Source: Dehalococcoidia bacterium | Lineage (GTDB): Bacteria; Chloroflexota; Dehalococcoidia; CAUJGQ01 | Length of the DNA stretch: 64,000 nt | Assembly: GCA_035310145.1 (NCBI GenBank) | Contig: DATGEL010000003.1 | Location: 4,779 to 68,778, forward strand | Direction of reading: 5' to 3' | Part shown: piece by piece, positions 21,691 to 31,833 of the stretch | Layout of the letters: the number at the start of each line of letters is the position of its first letter | Numbering within the stretch: position 1 is the stretch's first letter | The notes under the pieces: model-generated | Seen by the model: only the letters and a program-made list of their open reading frames with translations | Told to the model about the DNA's origin: nothing | Database searches by the model: none | Program-made: the position numbers and the translations under genes

Positions 21691-23124
21691 GTGACCGACG
21701 CCTTGGCTGCCGTCGAGAGCACGTTGCCGGAGCCGCCGGGCTTCGGCGATCTGCTGCCGCGGATCGTCACGCCGCCGCCGGGGCCGCGCTCGCGCGCGTA
21801 TGCCGAACGCCTCGCCGCAGTCGAAGCGCCGGCAATCTCGACGCTTGCCAACGGCGACCGGCCGATCTTCTGGGCGAGCGCGGCGGGCGCCAACGTGCTC
21901 GACGTCGACGGCAACCTCTACCTCGACACGACCTCGGCCTTCGGCGTCGCCTCAGTCGGCCACCGCAATCCGGCGGTTGTTGCCGCAGTGGAGGCGCAGG
22001 CGCGGCGGTTGCTGCACGGCATGGGCGACTTCCTGCCGCCGGCCGTGCGGCTGGAGCTGGCGGAGGCGCTCCGCGGCGTGCTGCCGCGCGGAGTCGACCG
22101 CGTGCTCTTCGGCCTGAGCGGCGCGGATGCGGTCGAAATCGCGCTAAAGGCCGCGGCGGTATACACGGGCAAGCCCGGCGTCGTCGCCTTCGAGGGCGCC
22201 TTCCATGGCCAGTCATACGGCGCCTTGGCTGTCACCAGCCGCGAGTCGTTCCGGCGGCGCTTTGCCGCGCAGCTCGGCGCGCACGTCGAGCGGGCGCCCT
22301 ACCCATACCCGTACCGGCGGCCGTCTGGCTGCAGCGCCGAGGACGATGGCTCACGCTGCCTCGCCGGCGTGGATGCCGCGATTGAGCGGCTGGCGCGGCG
22401 CGGCTTTGCGCCTGGTTGCGTGATCGTCGAGCCGTTCCAGGGGCGGGAGGGCGAGATCTTCCCGCCCGATAGCTTCCTGCCGGGCCTGCGCCGCCTCTGC
22501 GACGAGCGCGGCCTGCTGCTGATCGCGGACGAGATTTACACGGGCTTCGGCAGAACCGGCCGCATGTGGGCCTGCGAGCATACCGGCGTGCTACCGGACC
22601 TGCTCTGCGCCGGGAAGGCGCTGGGCGGCGGCTTGCCCGGTTCGATCGTCGCGGGCCGTGGCGAGGTGCTCGACGCCTGGCGGCCGGATACGCCCGAAGC
22701 GCCGCACTCAAGCACGTTCCTCGGGCACCCGCTCGGCTGCGCCGCCGCGCTTGCTGTGCTGCACGAGCTGGGCGAGCATCGCCTGGTCGAACGTGGCGCC
22801 CGGCTTGGCGCGGACTTGCTGGCCGAATTGCAGGCTGCCGTGCGAGGCAATCCGCATGTGGGCGAGGTGCGCGGGCGAGGCATGATGCTCGGCATCGAGC
22901 TGGTGAAGGACCGAACGAGCCGTGAGCCCTATCCCGATCTGATCCCCGGCGTGCTGCAGCGCGGCCTCGAACGCGGGCTGATCCTGCTGCCGGCGGGCAT
23001 GTTCGGCAACGTGATCTCGCTGGCGCCGCCGCTGACCATTACCGAGCACCAGTTGCGCTATCTCGGTGAGAACCTGCCGGAGGTGCTCCGGGCATCAAGC
23101 GTTTATGTTCGGCCGCCGTTGTGA
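21691..23124 (+). CDS. Second class III aminotransferase (tandem paralog).
   Basis: GLSGADAVEIALK, DEIYTGFGRTGRMWA, and PLP lysine LLCAGKALGGGLP. GTG start 11 nt after the upstream stop. Confidence 0.8.
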   Translation: MTDALAAVESTLPEPPGFGDLLPRIVTPPPGPRSRAYAERLAAVEAPAISTLANGDRPIFWASAAGANVLDVDGNLYLDTTSAFGVASVGHRNPAVVAAVEAQARRLLHGMGDFLPPAVRLELAEALRGVLPRGVDRVLFGLSGADAVEIALKAAAVYTGKPGVVAFEGAFHGQSYGALAVTSRESFRRRFAAQLGAHVERAPYPYPYRRPSGCSAEDDGSRCLAGVDAAIERLARRGFAPGCVIVEPFQGREGEIFPPDSFLPGLRRLCDERGLLLIADEIYTGFGRTGRMWACEHTGVLPDLLCAGKALGGGLPGSIVAGRGEVLDAWRPDTPEAPHSSTFLGHPLGCAAALAVLHELGEHRLVERGARLGADLLAELQAAVRGNPHVGEVRGRGMMLGIELVKDRTSREPYPDLIPGVLQRGLERGLILLPAGMFGNVISLAPPLTITEHQLRYLGENLPEVLRASSVYVRPPL

Positions 23125-23189
23125 CGGCGACGCGCGGCCTGTAGACTTTCCGTGTAGATCGCGGCGCCCGGCCGGGGCGGGGAGCGGGC

Positions 23190-24539
23190 ATGGGTCGGAG
23201 GGGCGGATCCCGCGTGGCGGGATGGATCGGGCTGGTCGGCGTACTCTTTCTCTTATTGTTCGTGGCCGCTTGCACTGGCTCCTCGAATCACCAGCGCGGC
23301 GTGGCCACCCGTCCGCCAGACCTCATAATCGCCACACCGTCCGCGGCTCGGATCGCTTCGGCCAGTGCCACTGCTTCGCCAACGGCTACGGCGACGCCCC
23401 GTGCGACGCCTTCGCCCACTCCCTCCGCCACACCCAGTCCGATGCCGAGCGCCACGCCGGAGCCGACCGATACGCCTGTGCCGCCGCGGGAGACGCTGGC
23501 CGACGGCACGCACGGCTATGCTGTGAGCAGCGGCGCCTCCGTCTACAGCCAGCCCACCACTCGAAGCGCCCCGGTGCGCCGCCTGGCCTACGAAGAACAG
23601 CTGAACCTGCGTGCCAAAGTACGTGGCGAGAACGTCGTCGTGGGTGACCAGACCTGGTACATCGCCCGCCAGGATTGGCAGAACCTCTGGTACCAGGTCG
23701 ATGGCGGCTACGTGTACTCGGCTTTCGTCTGGATCCCGCGGCCCGGAGAGGTGCTCGCCTCACAACTGCCGCGCGGCGAACGTTGGGTGTCCGTGGACCT
23801 CGCCACGCAGACGGCGAAGCTGCTGATCGGCAGCAGCGTGATCTACTCCGCGGACGTGACCACCGGCAAGACCGGCTACGAGACGCCGACCGGCCACTGG
23901 CGCGTCAACTACCAGGTGCTCAACGAGACGATGACCTCCAGCCAGGCGGGCATCAACGATCCGGCGGAGCACTACGACGTCAAGAACGTGCTGTTCACGC
24001 AGTACTTCGACGGCCTGGGCGACGCGCTGCACCTGAACTACTGGCAGCCGGCCGGCGTCTTCGGCGACTCGCGCACCAGCCACGGCTGTGTCGGCCTGTA
24101 CCTGAACGACGCGCAGTATTTCTGGATGTTCGGCCAGCCGGGCATGCGCGTGGAGATCACGCAGAACGGCCGCATCCTGCCGCCGCAACCGGCCACCGTG
24201 GCGCCGACGCCGCCGCCCACGCATACGCCAGCGCCGCGCCCCACGCCGCTGGCCACCCGCCCGCCGACGCCTGCTCCCGCCACTGCGACGCCGGCTGGCC
24301 CGACAACACTCACGCCCGCAGCGCAACCGGCAAATCTCGCCCCGCAAACGGCGACACCGGCGCGGCGCCCGACGCCCATTTTGAATCTCACCCCGCCGCC
24401 GGGTGATGCCACACCCCGCACCGACGAGGCCACGATCAACTCACCCCTTGTGCCGCGCACTGGTACGGTTACAACGACGCCAACACCGGCCACAGCCCAC
24501 GTGCTGACAGCGACGAGCACGCCGCCGGCCGGCCGCTGA
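23190..24539 (+). CDS. L,D-transpeptidase (YkuD) lipoprotein with Pro/Thr/Ala-rich linkers.
   Basis: Signal peptide with lipobox LLFVAAC; the catalytic SHGCVGL motif; long (A/T)P-repeat low-complexity regions on both sides. Confidence 0.75.
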   Translation: MGRRGGSRVAGWIGLVGVLFLLLFVAACTGSSNHQRGVATRPPDLIIATPSAARIASASATASPTATATPRATPSPTPSATPSPMPSATPEPTDTPVPPRETLADGTHGYAVSSGASVYSQPTTRSAPVRRLAYEEQLNLRAKVRGENVVVGDQTWYIARQDWQNLWYQVDGGYVYSAFVWIPRPGEVLASQLPRGERWVSVDLATQTAKLLIGSSVIYSADVTTGKTGYETPTGHWRVNYQVLNETMTSSQAGINDPAEHYDVKNVLFTQYFDGLGDALHLNYWQPAGVFGDSRTSHGCVGLYLNDAQYFWMFGQPGMRVEITQNGRILPPQPATVAPTPPPTHTPAPRPTPLATRPPTPAPATATPAGPTTLTPAAQPANLAPQTATPARRPTPILNLTPPPGDATPRTDEATINSPLVPRTGTVTTTPTPATAHVLTATSTPPAGR

Positions 24540-24753
24540 GCGACCAGCGCGCTCGCAGCACGGCGGATAGCGCTCTTCCCCTCCCATCGGTAGACAGCTC
24601 GCGAAGCGCGCGGGGAGAGTGAAGGCGCGCGCACAGGAGCGGGCCTGGCGAGCGGAACACTCCCTCGCTTTCTGGCGGGCCAGCCGCACCTGCGCGACAA
24701 TGGTTGTGCGGCCGCTCTTGGCCGCGCGAGCATCTCCTGCCGGAGCTACATGC

Positions 24754-27045
24754 ATGCCGGAGACGCACCGGCCCCAGTCCGAGCCGCCGCCGGTCGTCGA
24801 TGATCTCTCGATCGGCCCCTTCCGCACGGCGGAAGCGGAGCCAATGGCGATCGAGGACATCCGTGACGCGCTTGTCGTGCGCGAGAACGGCACCTTTCTG
24901 CTCACGGACAAGTACGGCAACGTTCCTGCCGGCAACGAGTCCGGCTTCGGGCTCTATCGCGGCGACACCCGCTTCCTCTCGACCTACGAGTTCGTCTGCA
25001 CAAACGCGCCGCCGGTGCTGCTGCTCTCCGAAGCCGGGCTGGGCTACGCCTGCGAGCAGGTCCTGACCAATCCACGCATGACCAGCAGCGACGGTCACGA
25101 ACTCCCGCGCGAGACGATCGAGCTGCGTCGCCGGCGCACGATTGACATCGAGCTGCATGAAACGCTGCAAATCACCAACTTCAACGCCGTCCCCGTCACG
25201 CTGGAGTACCGCTACCGCTTCGACGCCGACTTCGCGGATATCTTTGAGGTGCGAGGCCAGAAGCGCAGGCACAGCGGCTTGCGACTGCCCGCCGTGGCGA
25301 CCGAGAACGGCTTCTGCCTGGCCTATCACACCCTCGACGGCCGCGAGCTGCGCACGCACGTGTCCTTCGAACAGCAGCCAGCTCGGATTCAAGACCGTGT
25401 GGCCGTCTTCCGGCTCGCGCTTGGCCCGCGCGAGACGCAGGCGCTGTCGTTGCACGTGCGCACCGAGGATCTGGCGCGGGCGCCGGAGCCGGATCCGCCG
25501 GCGCCGTATCTCCGGCCGCGCGTTGCTCTCGCGGAACAGTACCGCCGCTGGAAGGACGCGTGCACGCGTTTCTTCACCGGCAATGAGATCTTCAACGCGG
25601 TGCTCGACCAGTCGCTGCACGACCTGCGCATGCTCTGGAACTTCGACGGCGACGGCGAAGATGGCTATCTCTCGGCCGGCACGCCGTGGTTCGATACGCT
25701 CTTCGGCCGCGACAGCCTGATCACCTCGCTAGAGCTGCTGGCGTTCAATCCACGCCTGGCGCGCAGCACCCTGCTGCGGCTGGCGGAGCACCAGGGCCAG
25801 GTCAACGACGAGTGGCGCGACGAAGAGCCCGGCAAGATCTTGCACGAGCTGCGCACTGGCGAGCTGTCGCGTCTCGGCGAAATCCCCTTCGCCCGCTATT
25901 ACGGCAGCATCGACTCCACCCCGCTCTTCTTGCTGCTCGCGGCCGAATACTGGCGCTGGACGGCCGACACCGCGCTGCTGCAGCGGCTCAAACCCAACCT
26001 GCGCGCGGCACTCGACTGGGTGTGGCGCTCGGGTGATCGGGATGGCGACGGCTACATCGAGTACGAGCGGCACTCAGAAAACGGCCTGCTGAACCAGGGC
26101 TGGAAAGACTCGGGTGACGCGATCGTCCACAGCGACGGACGCCTGGCGCGGCCGCCGATCGCACTGGTCGAGGTGCAGGCGTATCTCTACGCCGCGTTGC
26201 TCGGGCTGGCGCCGGCGGCCGAGGCGCTGCGCGACAGCCGCTGGGCGGGCGAGCTGCGCCGCGCCGCGTTCGCGCTGCGCGCCCGCTTCAACCGCGACTT
26301 CTGGCTCGAAGACGAGGGCTGCTACGCCCTGGCGCTGGACGGCGAGAAGCAGCCCGTGCGCTCGATCGCCTCCAACGCCGGCCATGCGTTGTTCGCGGGC
26401 ATTGCCACGCCGCCCCGCGCCGCCGCGGTCGCCGAGCGCCTGTTGCAGCGTGAGATGTTCAGCGGCTGGGGCGTGCGCACGCTCAGCGCCGCCTCCGCGC
26501 GTTTCAACCCGATGGGCTATCACCTTGGCTCGATCTGGCCGCACGACAACGCGCTGATCGCCCTCGGCCTCAAGCGCTACGGCCAGGAAACCGCGCTCTC
26601 GGCGCTGGCGACCGCGATTTACGATACGGCGCGGACGATGGACCATTTCCGCCTGCCGGAGCTGTTCTGCGGCCTGCCGCGCTCGCCCGAGGGTCAGCCG
26701 GTGCCGTATCCCGTCGCCTGCCGGCCACAGGCCTGGGCCGCCGGCGCCGTGCCGGCGATCCTCACCGCACTGCTTGGTCTCAGCCCCGACGCGCAGCGCA
26801 GCGAGTTGCTGATTGTGCAGCCGCGCCTGCCCTACTGGCTGAACAGCGTGCAGGTGCGCGGGCTGCGGGTGGGCAGCGGCAGCGTTGATTTGCTGTTCGA
26901 ACTGAAACAGCGGCGCACCCAGGTAACGGTGTTGAACGTGAGCGGCGCGTTGCGTGTCACCGTGGTGCCGCGCTGGCCCCGCAATGAGCCGGCGTCTCCG
27001 GGCCGCGCCGAGAACGACACCCCGAAAGGGAGGCGGCGTGACTGA
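24754..27045 (+). CDS. Amylo-alpha-1,6-glucosidase / glycogen-debranching-enzyme-like protein (GDE N-terminal domain plus a GH133-type six-hairpin catalytic domain).
   Basis: FLLTDKYGNVPAGNESGFGLYRGDTRFLS N-domain; WFDTLFGRDSLIT; C-terminal GWKDSGDAIVH and HLGSIWPHDNA motifs. Confidence 0.8.
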   Translation: MPETHRPQSEPPPVVDDLSIGPFRTAEAEPMAIEDIRDALVVRENGTFLLTDKYGNVPAGNESGFGLYRGDTRFLSTYEFVCTNAPPVLLLSEAGLGYACEQVLTNPRMTSSDGHELPRETIELRRRRTIDIELHETLQITNFNAVPVTLEYRYRFDADFADIFEVRGQKRRHSGLRLPAVATENGFCLAYHTLDGRELRTHVSFEQQPARIQDRVAVFRLALGPRETQALSLHVRTEDLARAPEPDPPAPYLRPRVALAEQYRRWKDACTRFFTGNEIFNAVLDQSLHDLRMLWNFDGDGEDGYLSAGTPWFDTLFGRDSLITSLELLAFNPRLARSTLLRLAEHQGQVNDEWRDEEPGKILHELRTGELSRLGEIPFARYYGSIDSTPLFLLLAAEYWRWTADTALLQRLKPNLRAALDWVWRSGDRDGDGYIEYERHSENGLLNQGWKDSGDAIVHSDGRLARPPIALVEVQAYLYAALLGLAPAAEALRDSRWAGELRRAAFALRARFNRDFWLEDEGCYALALDGEKQPVRSIASNAGHALFAGIATPPRAAAVAERLLQREMFSGWGVRTLSAASARFNPMGYHLGSIWPHDNALIALGLKRYGQETALSALATAIYDTARTMDHFRLPELFCGLPRSPEGQPVPYPVACRPQAWAAGAVPAILTALLGLSPDAQRSELLIVQPRLPYWLNSVQVRGLRVGSGSVDLLFELKQRRTQVTVLNVSGALRVTVVPRWPRNEPASPGRAENDTPKGRRRD

Positions 27046-27826
27046 GTATCGCATCGGTACGCAGGGCTGGAGCTACCAGGACTGGGTCGGGCCGTTCTAT
27101 CCCGCGGGCACGCCCAGCAGCGACTGGCTGGAGGTCTACGCCCAGCGCTTCGACACGGTTGAGCTGGATACCACCTTCTACCGGGCGCCGTCCCCGGCGC
27201 TGGTGCGCGGCTGGGACGCGAAGACGCCGGACGGCTTCCTCTTCGCGGCAAAACTGCCGCGCGCGATCACGCACGACGCGATGCTGGAAAACCCGGCGGA
27301 CGAGCTGCACCACTTCCTACGCAGCGTCGAGCCGCTCGGCGCCAAGCTCGGTCCGATCCTGGCGCAACTGCCGCCGCAGTTTCACCGCGACGCGCAGACC
27401 TTCGCCACGCTGCGCGGCTTCATCGAAACGCTGCCGGAGGGCTTTCAGTTCGCGGTCGAGTTCCGCCACCGCTCCTGGCTGCGCCCGGAAGTCTACGACC
27501 TGCTGCGCGAGCGCGGCGTGGCCTTCTGCATGATCGACCTCTTCTACATGCCGAAGACGTACGAAGTCACGGCGCCGTTCACCTATGTGCGTTGGCTGGG
27601 CGAGCGCAGCAAGGTCGAGAAGGTCGATCACGTGCAGATCGACCGGCGGCGTGAGCTGATCGACTGGGCCGCGGTGCTGAAGGAACGCGTGGTGGACAAG
27701 GTGCAGCGCGTCTACGCCTACGTCAACAACCACTACTCCGGCCACTCGCCCGCCAACGTGCGCCAGCTTCACCTGCTGCTCAACGGCGAGCTGCCGCCGG
27801 GCTCCGAGCCGGAACAGGACGACTGA
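27038..27826 (+). CDS. DUF72 (YecE-like) family protein.
   Basis: IGTQGWSYQDWVGPFYP signature. GTG start with a GGGAGG RBS, overlapping the upstream stop by 8 nt. Confidence 0.8.
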   Translation: MTEYRIGTQGWSYQDWVGPFYPAGTPSSDWLEVYAQRFDTVELDTTFYRAPSPALVRGWDAKTPDGFLFAAKLPRAITHDAMLENPADELHHFLRSVEPLGAKLGPILAQLPPQFHRDAQTFATLRGFIETLPEGFQFAVEFRHRSWLRPEVYDLLRERGVAFCMIDLFYMPKTYEVTAPFTYVRWLGERSKVEKVDHVQIDRRRELIDWAAVLKERVVDKVQRVYAYVNNHYSGHSPANVRQLHLLLNGELPPGSEPEQDD

Positions 27827-27877
27827 CGTTCACCGCTCCAAAGCGGCCGCTTCGTGGCGGCGCCGGTGAAGCTCCGC

Positions 27878-29083
27878 CTACGCCAGGTCCGCGATGATCG
27901 CGACGAAGCGATCGATCTCGCGCTCCGTGTTGTAGTAGTGCAGCGAGGCGCGCACGACCTCGTTCAGCCCGCGCGCGTCCATGTCGAGCATCGTGCTCTG
28001 GCGCGACGAGGTCGTCACGTTCACGCGCGGCTGCATCTCCGCCAGCACCGCCTTCAGCGCCTCCGGCTCGCGGCCCGCGACGGTAAACGAACAGATGCCG
28101 CACAGCTCCTCGCCCGGATCGGTCACGCGCACGCCGGGAACCGCCGCCAGACCGCGCCGCAGCCGCGCGGCCAGCGCCTGGATCCGCGGCCAGGTGCGCT
28201 CGACGCCCAGCGCCAGGGCATACTCGACCGCGGCGCCGAGGCCGAGCAAGCCGGCGACGTTCGACTCCCAGTTTTCGAAGCGGCGAGCGTCATCGCGCAG
28301 GATGTAGGTGTCGCGCGCCGTCCAGGTGGCGGCGCGCAGGTCGACGAAGGGCGGATGCAGCTCGTGCAGACGCTCGCGGCGCACGAAGAGGAAGCCGCTG
28401 CCGCGCGGGCCGCGCAGATACTTGCGGCCGGTCGCGGCCAGCAGGTCGCAGCCCAGCGTCCGCACGTCGATCGGCAGGTGGCCGGCGGCCTGTGTCGCGT
28501 CCAGCGCATACCAGGCGCCAGCGGCACGAGCGAGCCTGCCGACCTCGGCCGCCGGCTGCACGAGGCCGGAGTTGGTCGGAATCCAGGTGAGCGAGACGGC
28601 CCGCACCCGCGGCTCGGCCAACATGCGCTCGAGGGCAGCGAGCGCGATCTGCCCGTGCGCGTCGTTCGGCACGTGGCGCAGCTCGATGCCGTCTTCGCGC
28701 ACGCGGCGCAGCGCCGCCATGTAGTTGCTGGCGTAGTCGGCCATGCTCACCAGCACCGCGTCGCCCTTGCGCAGCGGCAGCGCGTGGAAGCCCATGTCAA
28801 AGGCGCGGGTCGCGTTCTCGATCAGCGCAATCTCGTCCGGGCCCGCGTTGAGCAGGCGGGCGATCGAGGAGTACACGGCCTCGTATCGCGCCGCGGCCTC
28901 GTCCAGCGCCTCGTAGCCGCCGATCTCCGCCTCGCGCCGCAGGTGGCCGGTCACCGCATCGAGCACGGATTGCGGCATCAGCGCGGCGCCGGCTGCGTTG
29001 AAGTGCAGCACCCGGGCGCAACCAGGCGTCTCCGCGCGCAGCCGCGCGATGTCGAGCGCGGTGTCGGCCGCTGCCTCGGTCAT
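27878..29083 (-). CDS. Class V PLP-dependent aminotransferase / cysteine-desulfurase-like enzyme.
   Basis: ALDATQAAGHLPIDV and the PLP lysine in ATGRKYLRGPRGSGFLFV. GGAGG RBS before ATG 29083. Confidence 0.8.
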   Translation of the reverse strand: MTEAAADTALDIARLRAETPGCARVLHFNAAGAALMPQSVLDAVTGHLRREAEIGGYEALDEAAARYEAVYSSIARLLNAGPDEIALIENATRAFDMGFHALPLRKGDAVLVSMADYASNYMAALRRVREDGIELRHVPNDAHGQIALAALERMLAEPRVRAVSLTWIPTNSGLVQPAAEVGRLARAAGAWYALDATQAAGHLPIDVRTLGCDLLAATGRKYLRGPRGSGFLFVRRERLHELHPPFVDLRAATWTARDTYILRDDARRFENWESNVAGLLGLGAAVEYALALGVERTWPRIQALAARLRRGLAAVPGVRVTDPGEELCGICSFTVAGREPEALKAVLAEMQPRVNVTTSSRQSTMLDMDARGLNEVVRASLHYYNTEREIDRFVAIIADLA

Positions 29084-29162
29084 ACCGCCTCCGTCGTGCT
29101 TGCGACCAACTCGCCTGTCTTGAACAATAACGGTGCCGAGCATGCAGGAAGAAGGCCCGACG

Positions 29163-29615
29163 ATGACCAGCTCTCACGAACCGCAGCCCCTGCCGCTTGT
29201 CGATGCCGGCGCCGAAACAACCGCGCGCGGCCGTGCCGGCGCCGTGACCCTCAGCGAAGCCGGCCGTGAACGCGTGGAGACGGCCTTTGAGCGGCTGGTG
29301 ACAGCGCTCTCGTCCTGCTACGTGTACGTCGTCGGCCATACGGCGCTCGAAGCCTGCGCGTTTCAGGTCGAGCGCGACGGCACCGGGCGCTGCCTGCTCT
29401 CCGGCGTGCCGCAGTGGGAGGTCGCGCTGCCGGCGGCCGCGCATGCGCAGCTGGCCGTGGTCGTGCAGCGCTGGCAGGAGGGCGTTCTGCCTCGCAGCAG
29501 CCAGCTCGACAGCATTCGCCTGGGAGAGGTGCGCGAGTTGCCGGACGGCTCCCGTGCCGTCGATGTGCTGCCGGCCGACGATCCGCGCCGGCGCACGCGC
29601 ACGACGATCGGCTGA
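29163..29615 (+). CDS. Hypothetical protein.
   Basis: AGGAAGAAGG RBS 8 nt before ATG 29163. Non-repetitive composition; no recognisable motif. Confidence 0.35.
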   Translation: MTSSHEPQPLPLVDAGAETTARGRAGAVTLSEAGRERVETAFERLVTALSSCYVYVVGHTALEACAFQVERDGTGRCLLSGVPQWEVALPAAAHAQLAVVVQRWQEGVLPRSSQLDSIRLGEVRELPDGSRAVDVLPADDPRRRTRTTIG

Positions 29616-29632
29616 GCCAACGGAGCGAAGCG

Positions 29633-29848
29633 GTGGCCGCGGAGCACGCCGACGACCGCAATATCGACCGCAGCTACATGCGCGACTTCGTCGTGCGTCT
29701 TCGGCTTTCGGGCGAGTCGGCGCCCCGCGAGTTCCTGGTGCGCTCCTCCACCGTGCGCGGAGCCCTCAGCCGGGCGATCGAATCCGAAAGCGAAACGATC
29801 GGGGGCGACGGCGGGCGGCTGCTGGGCGCGGAGATCACCGAGGCGTAG
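29633..29848 (+). CDS. Small hypothetical protein (71 aa).
   Basis: GTG start with GGAG upstream, 18 nt after the preceding stop: YMRDFVVRLRLSGESAPREFLVRSSTVRGALSRAIESE. Confidence 0.25.
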   Translation: MAAEHADDRNIDRSYMRDFVVRLRLSGESAPREFLVRSSTVRGALSRAIESESETIGGDGGRLLGAEITEA

Positions 29849-30022
29849 ACTGCGGCATAGCCGGAAGCCCTGCCGCGGCCATGCGCCACGTCGGGCGCCG
29901 CCGGCCGGCACGCAGCGGGCCGCTGCCAGGATTGAACGCCGGCGCCGCGACAGCGGAGCGAATCCACAAAAGCGTGCGAGCGCCGCGGAGATTCGACGTT
30001 CTTGCGCCGCGGGAGGTCGCGG

Positions 30023-30355
30023 GTGTCGTTTCACTTCATCGTCCAATTTGAACCGCGGCCGGGGAAGGCGCGGGAGTTTCGCGAGGAGTTGTTGCGGGTC
30101 AATGAGCCGTCGCGGGCAGAAGGCGGCTGCCTGGCGATCCGCGTGTACGAGTCGCTGCGGGAGCCACACGTGTACGCCATTCATTCCGAGTGGGTGGATG
30201 AGGCCGCGTTTGAGCGGCACGCGCAATTGCCGCACACGATCCGCTTCATTGAAGCGGCCGAGCGGCTGCTGACCCATCCTGTGCAGGGGCTGCGAACGCG
30301 CGAGATCGGCGGAGGAGCAGGCGCGGGCGCCGTAGCGAGCCCCGCGCCGTCGTAA
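30023..30355 (+). CDS. Antibiotic-biosynthesis-monooxygenase (ABM) domain protein.
   Basis: VSFHFIVQFEPRPGKAREFREELL...YESLREPHVYAIHSEWVDEAAFERH ferredoxin-like ABM pattern. GGGAGG RBS before GTG. Confidence 0.55.
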   Translation: MSFHFIVQFEPRPGKAREFREELLRVNEPSRAEGGCLAIRVYESLREPHVYAIHSEWVDEAAFERHAQLPHTIRFIEAAERLLTHPVQGLRTREIGGGAGAGAVASPAPS

Positions 30356-30434
30356 CGGCTTCCACGTCCGCCAGTAAGCGCGGGGACGGCCACCGCACAG
30401 TCCGCACTGCCGCGGAACGTCACTCCGAGCGCCG

Positions 30435-31274
30435 CTACGGGCCGGCCGACGCGACCGTATCGGTCGTCACCGAGATCGTGCCGTCCAGTGCGCCGGCGGC
30501 GAGCGGCGCGAGGCGCTGGAAGGCGGCGGCCGAAAGGTCGATCGCGCCGGGCGGCAGGTGGCCGCGGTCGCGAACGGCGACGGTTACGCACTTCGCGCCG
30601 GCGCAGACTTTGAGATGTGTGCCGCAGGGGTAGCCGTTAGCGGCCGCGATACCGGGGTCGTCGGCGCTGAAGCTGCCGCCGCAGGCCAGCACGCCGCCGT
30701 CGAATTCGTGGCCGTACCAGGTGATGCGCGCCGCCTGACCGTCGGGCGGCAGCGCCGTCAGGTACTGGCCGTCCACCCAGCCGGCGACGCCGTTCGCCGT
30801 CACCGAGTACCAGCCGTCGGCTGTTGGGTCGCCGTAAATGTGCACCTGCGTGCCGGGCGGCAGCACGCTGATGATCGTGCCGTTCAGGCCGGGCGTGCTG
30901 CGCAGGCGTACGCCGTCCGCGGGGGCAACGATCGCGTCGCCGCGGAGCGGCTGGGAGGGCGTCGCATCGAGATAGAGGCTCTTCACGTAGCCCTGCAGGC
31001 CCTGGGCGCTGACATTGACCCAGCCGTCGTCGCCGGGCGCGGCCAGTTCGTCAACGCCGGCGCCGAAGGGCAAGACGGCCAGCACGTTGCCGGAGAGCGA
31101 CGGCGCATCGCGCAGATTGAGTCCGTCGGGGCTGCTTACTCGTGCGTGCACGGCCGCCAGCCCCGGGGCGGAGGTGAGGAGCGCGACCAGTACGGCGATG
31201 AAGGAGAGAAGGAAGAGGCCGCGCCTGCCTGGGTGTACCCACCACCGTACCGCGGCGGGTTCCGCCTTCAGCAA
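30435..31274 (-). CDS. Secreted protein with two SH3b domains and a C-terminal RlpA-like double-psi beta-barrel domain.
   Basis: Signal peptide; two copies of (D)GLNLR...GW(V/Y)...GYV(K/D)..YL; C-terminal ARITWYG...ACGG...NGYPCGTHLKVC...VAVRDRGHL...IDLSAAAFQRL. Confidence 0.7.
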   Translation of the reverse strand: MLKAEPAAVRWWVHPGRRGLFLLSFIAVLVALLTSAPGLAAVHARVSSPDGLNLRDAPSLSGNVLAVLPFGAGVDELAAPGDDGWVNVSAQGLQGYVKSLYLDATPSQPLRGDAIVAPADGVRLRSTPGLNGTIISVLPPGTQVHIYGDPTADGWYSVTANGVAGWVDGQYLTALPPDGQAARITWYGHEFDGGVLACGGSFSADDPGIAAANGYPCGTHLKVCAGAKCVTVAVRDRGHLPPGAIDLSAAAFQRLAPLAAGALDGTISVTTDTVASAGP

Positions 31275-31440
31275 TACGATCTCCTGGTGATGCGCGGCCG
31301 CAGCAGATTGGCCGCGAGGGTCTTGCGCACCGCGGCCGCAGCCGCGGCGGTCTCAACTCCCGCACTGTTGTACAGGACTCGCGCGCAGCGGTCAATGCGG
31401 GTGAGCGCCGGAAGCGCTCGGGCCGAGGCGGAGATCCGCG

Positions 31441-31704
31441 CTACGGCGGCGGTGAGCTTGCGCCGTCGTCGCTGCGCTCGACCTCCACGGTCACCTCGCC
31501 CGCGGCGACGGCGATCGCCCCGATGGCGGCCAGCACCGGCGCGACGATGATGGCCGCGACGCCGATGGTGACCGGCACTTCCATCAGGATGTGCCCGTCG
31601 TGCTTGAGGATGATGCGGCGCACATTGCCCTCGTGAATCAGGCGCCGCACCCGTTCGACCAGCTCGTCGCCCCTGGCGCGAAAGGTCTCTCTGCGCAATG
31701 TCAT
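31441..31704 (-). CDS. DUF4342 domain protein (87 aa).
   Basis: GDELVERVRRLIHEGNVRRIILKHDGHILMEVPVTIGVAAIIVAPVLAAIGAIAVAAGEVTVEVE. GGAGAG RBS. Confidence 0.65.
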   Translation of the reverse strand: MTLRRETFRARGDELVERVRRLIHEGNVRRIILKHDGHILMEVPVTIGVAAIIVAPVLAAIGAIAVAAGEVTVEVERSDDGASSPPP

Positions 31705-31833
31705 CGGTTGCTCTCCGGTTGCAATTCCCGATCGTGGTGTCGGCGCACGCTGCCCGGGCGACATGGGCCGATCGGCTCGATTTCGCCGGTCCAGCAGCCG
31801 TGCGGCCATGGACGCCCCGTGGCGGCGCTCGCG

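Noticed and set aside
20010-21914. 634-aa minus-strand ORF antisense to the class-III aminotransferases.
   Set aside because: Low-complexity Arg/Ala/Gly-rich translation. The sense strand has clear PLP-enzyme motifs.
29414-29848. The full 144-aa ORF.
   Set aside because: The N-terminal two-thirds is Arg/Ala-rich and overlaps the end of the preceding gene. Only the C-terminal 71 codons, from a GTG with GGAG, were kept as a low-confidence small protein.
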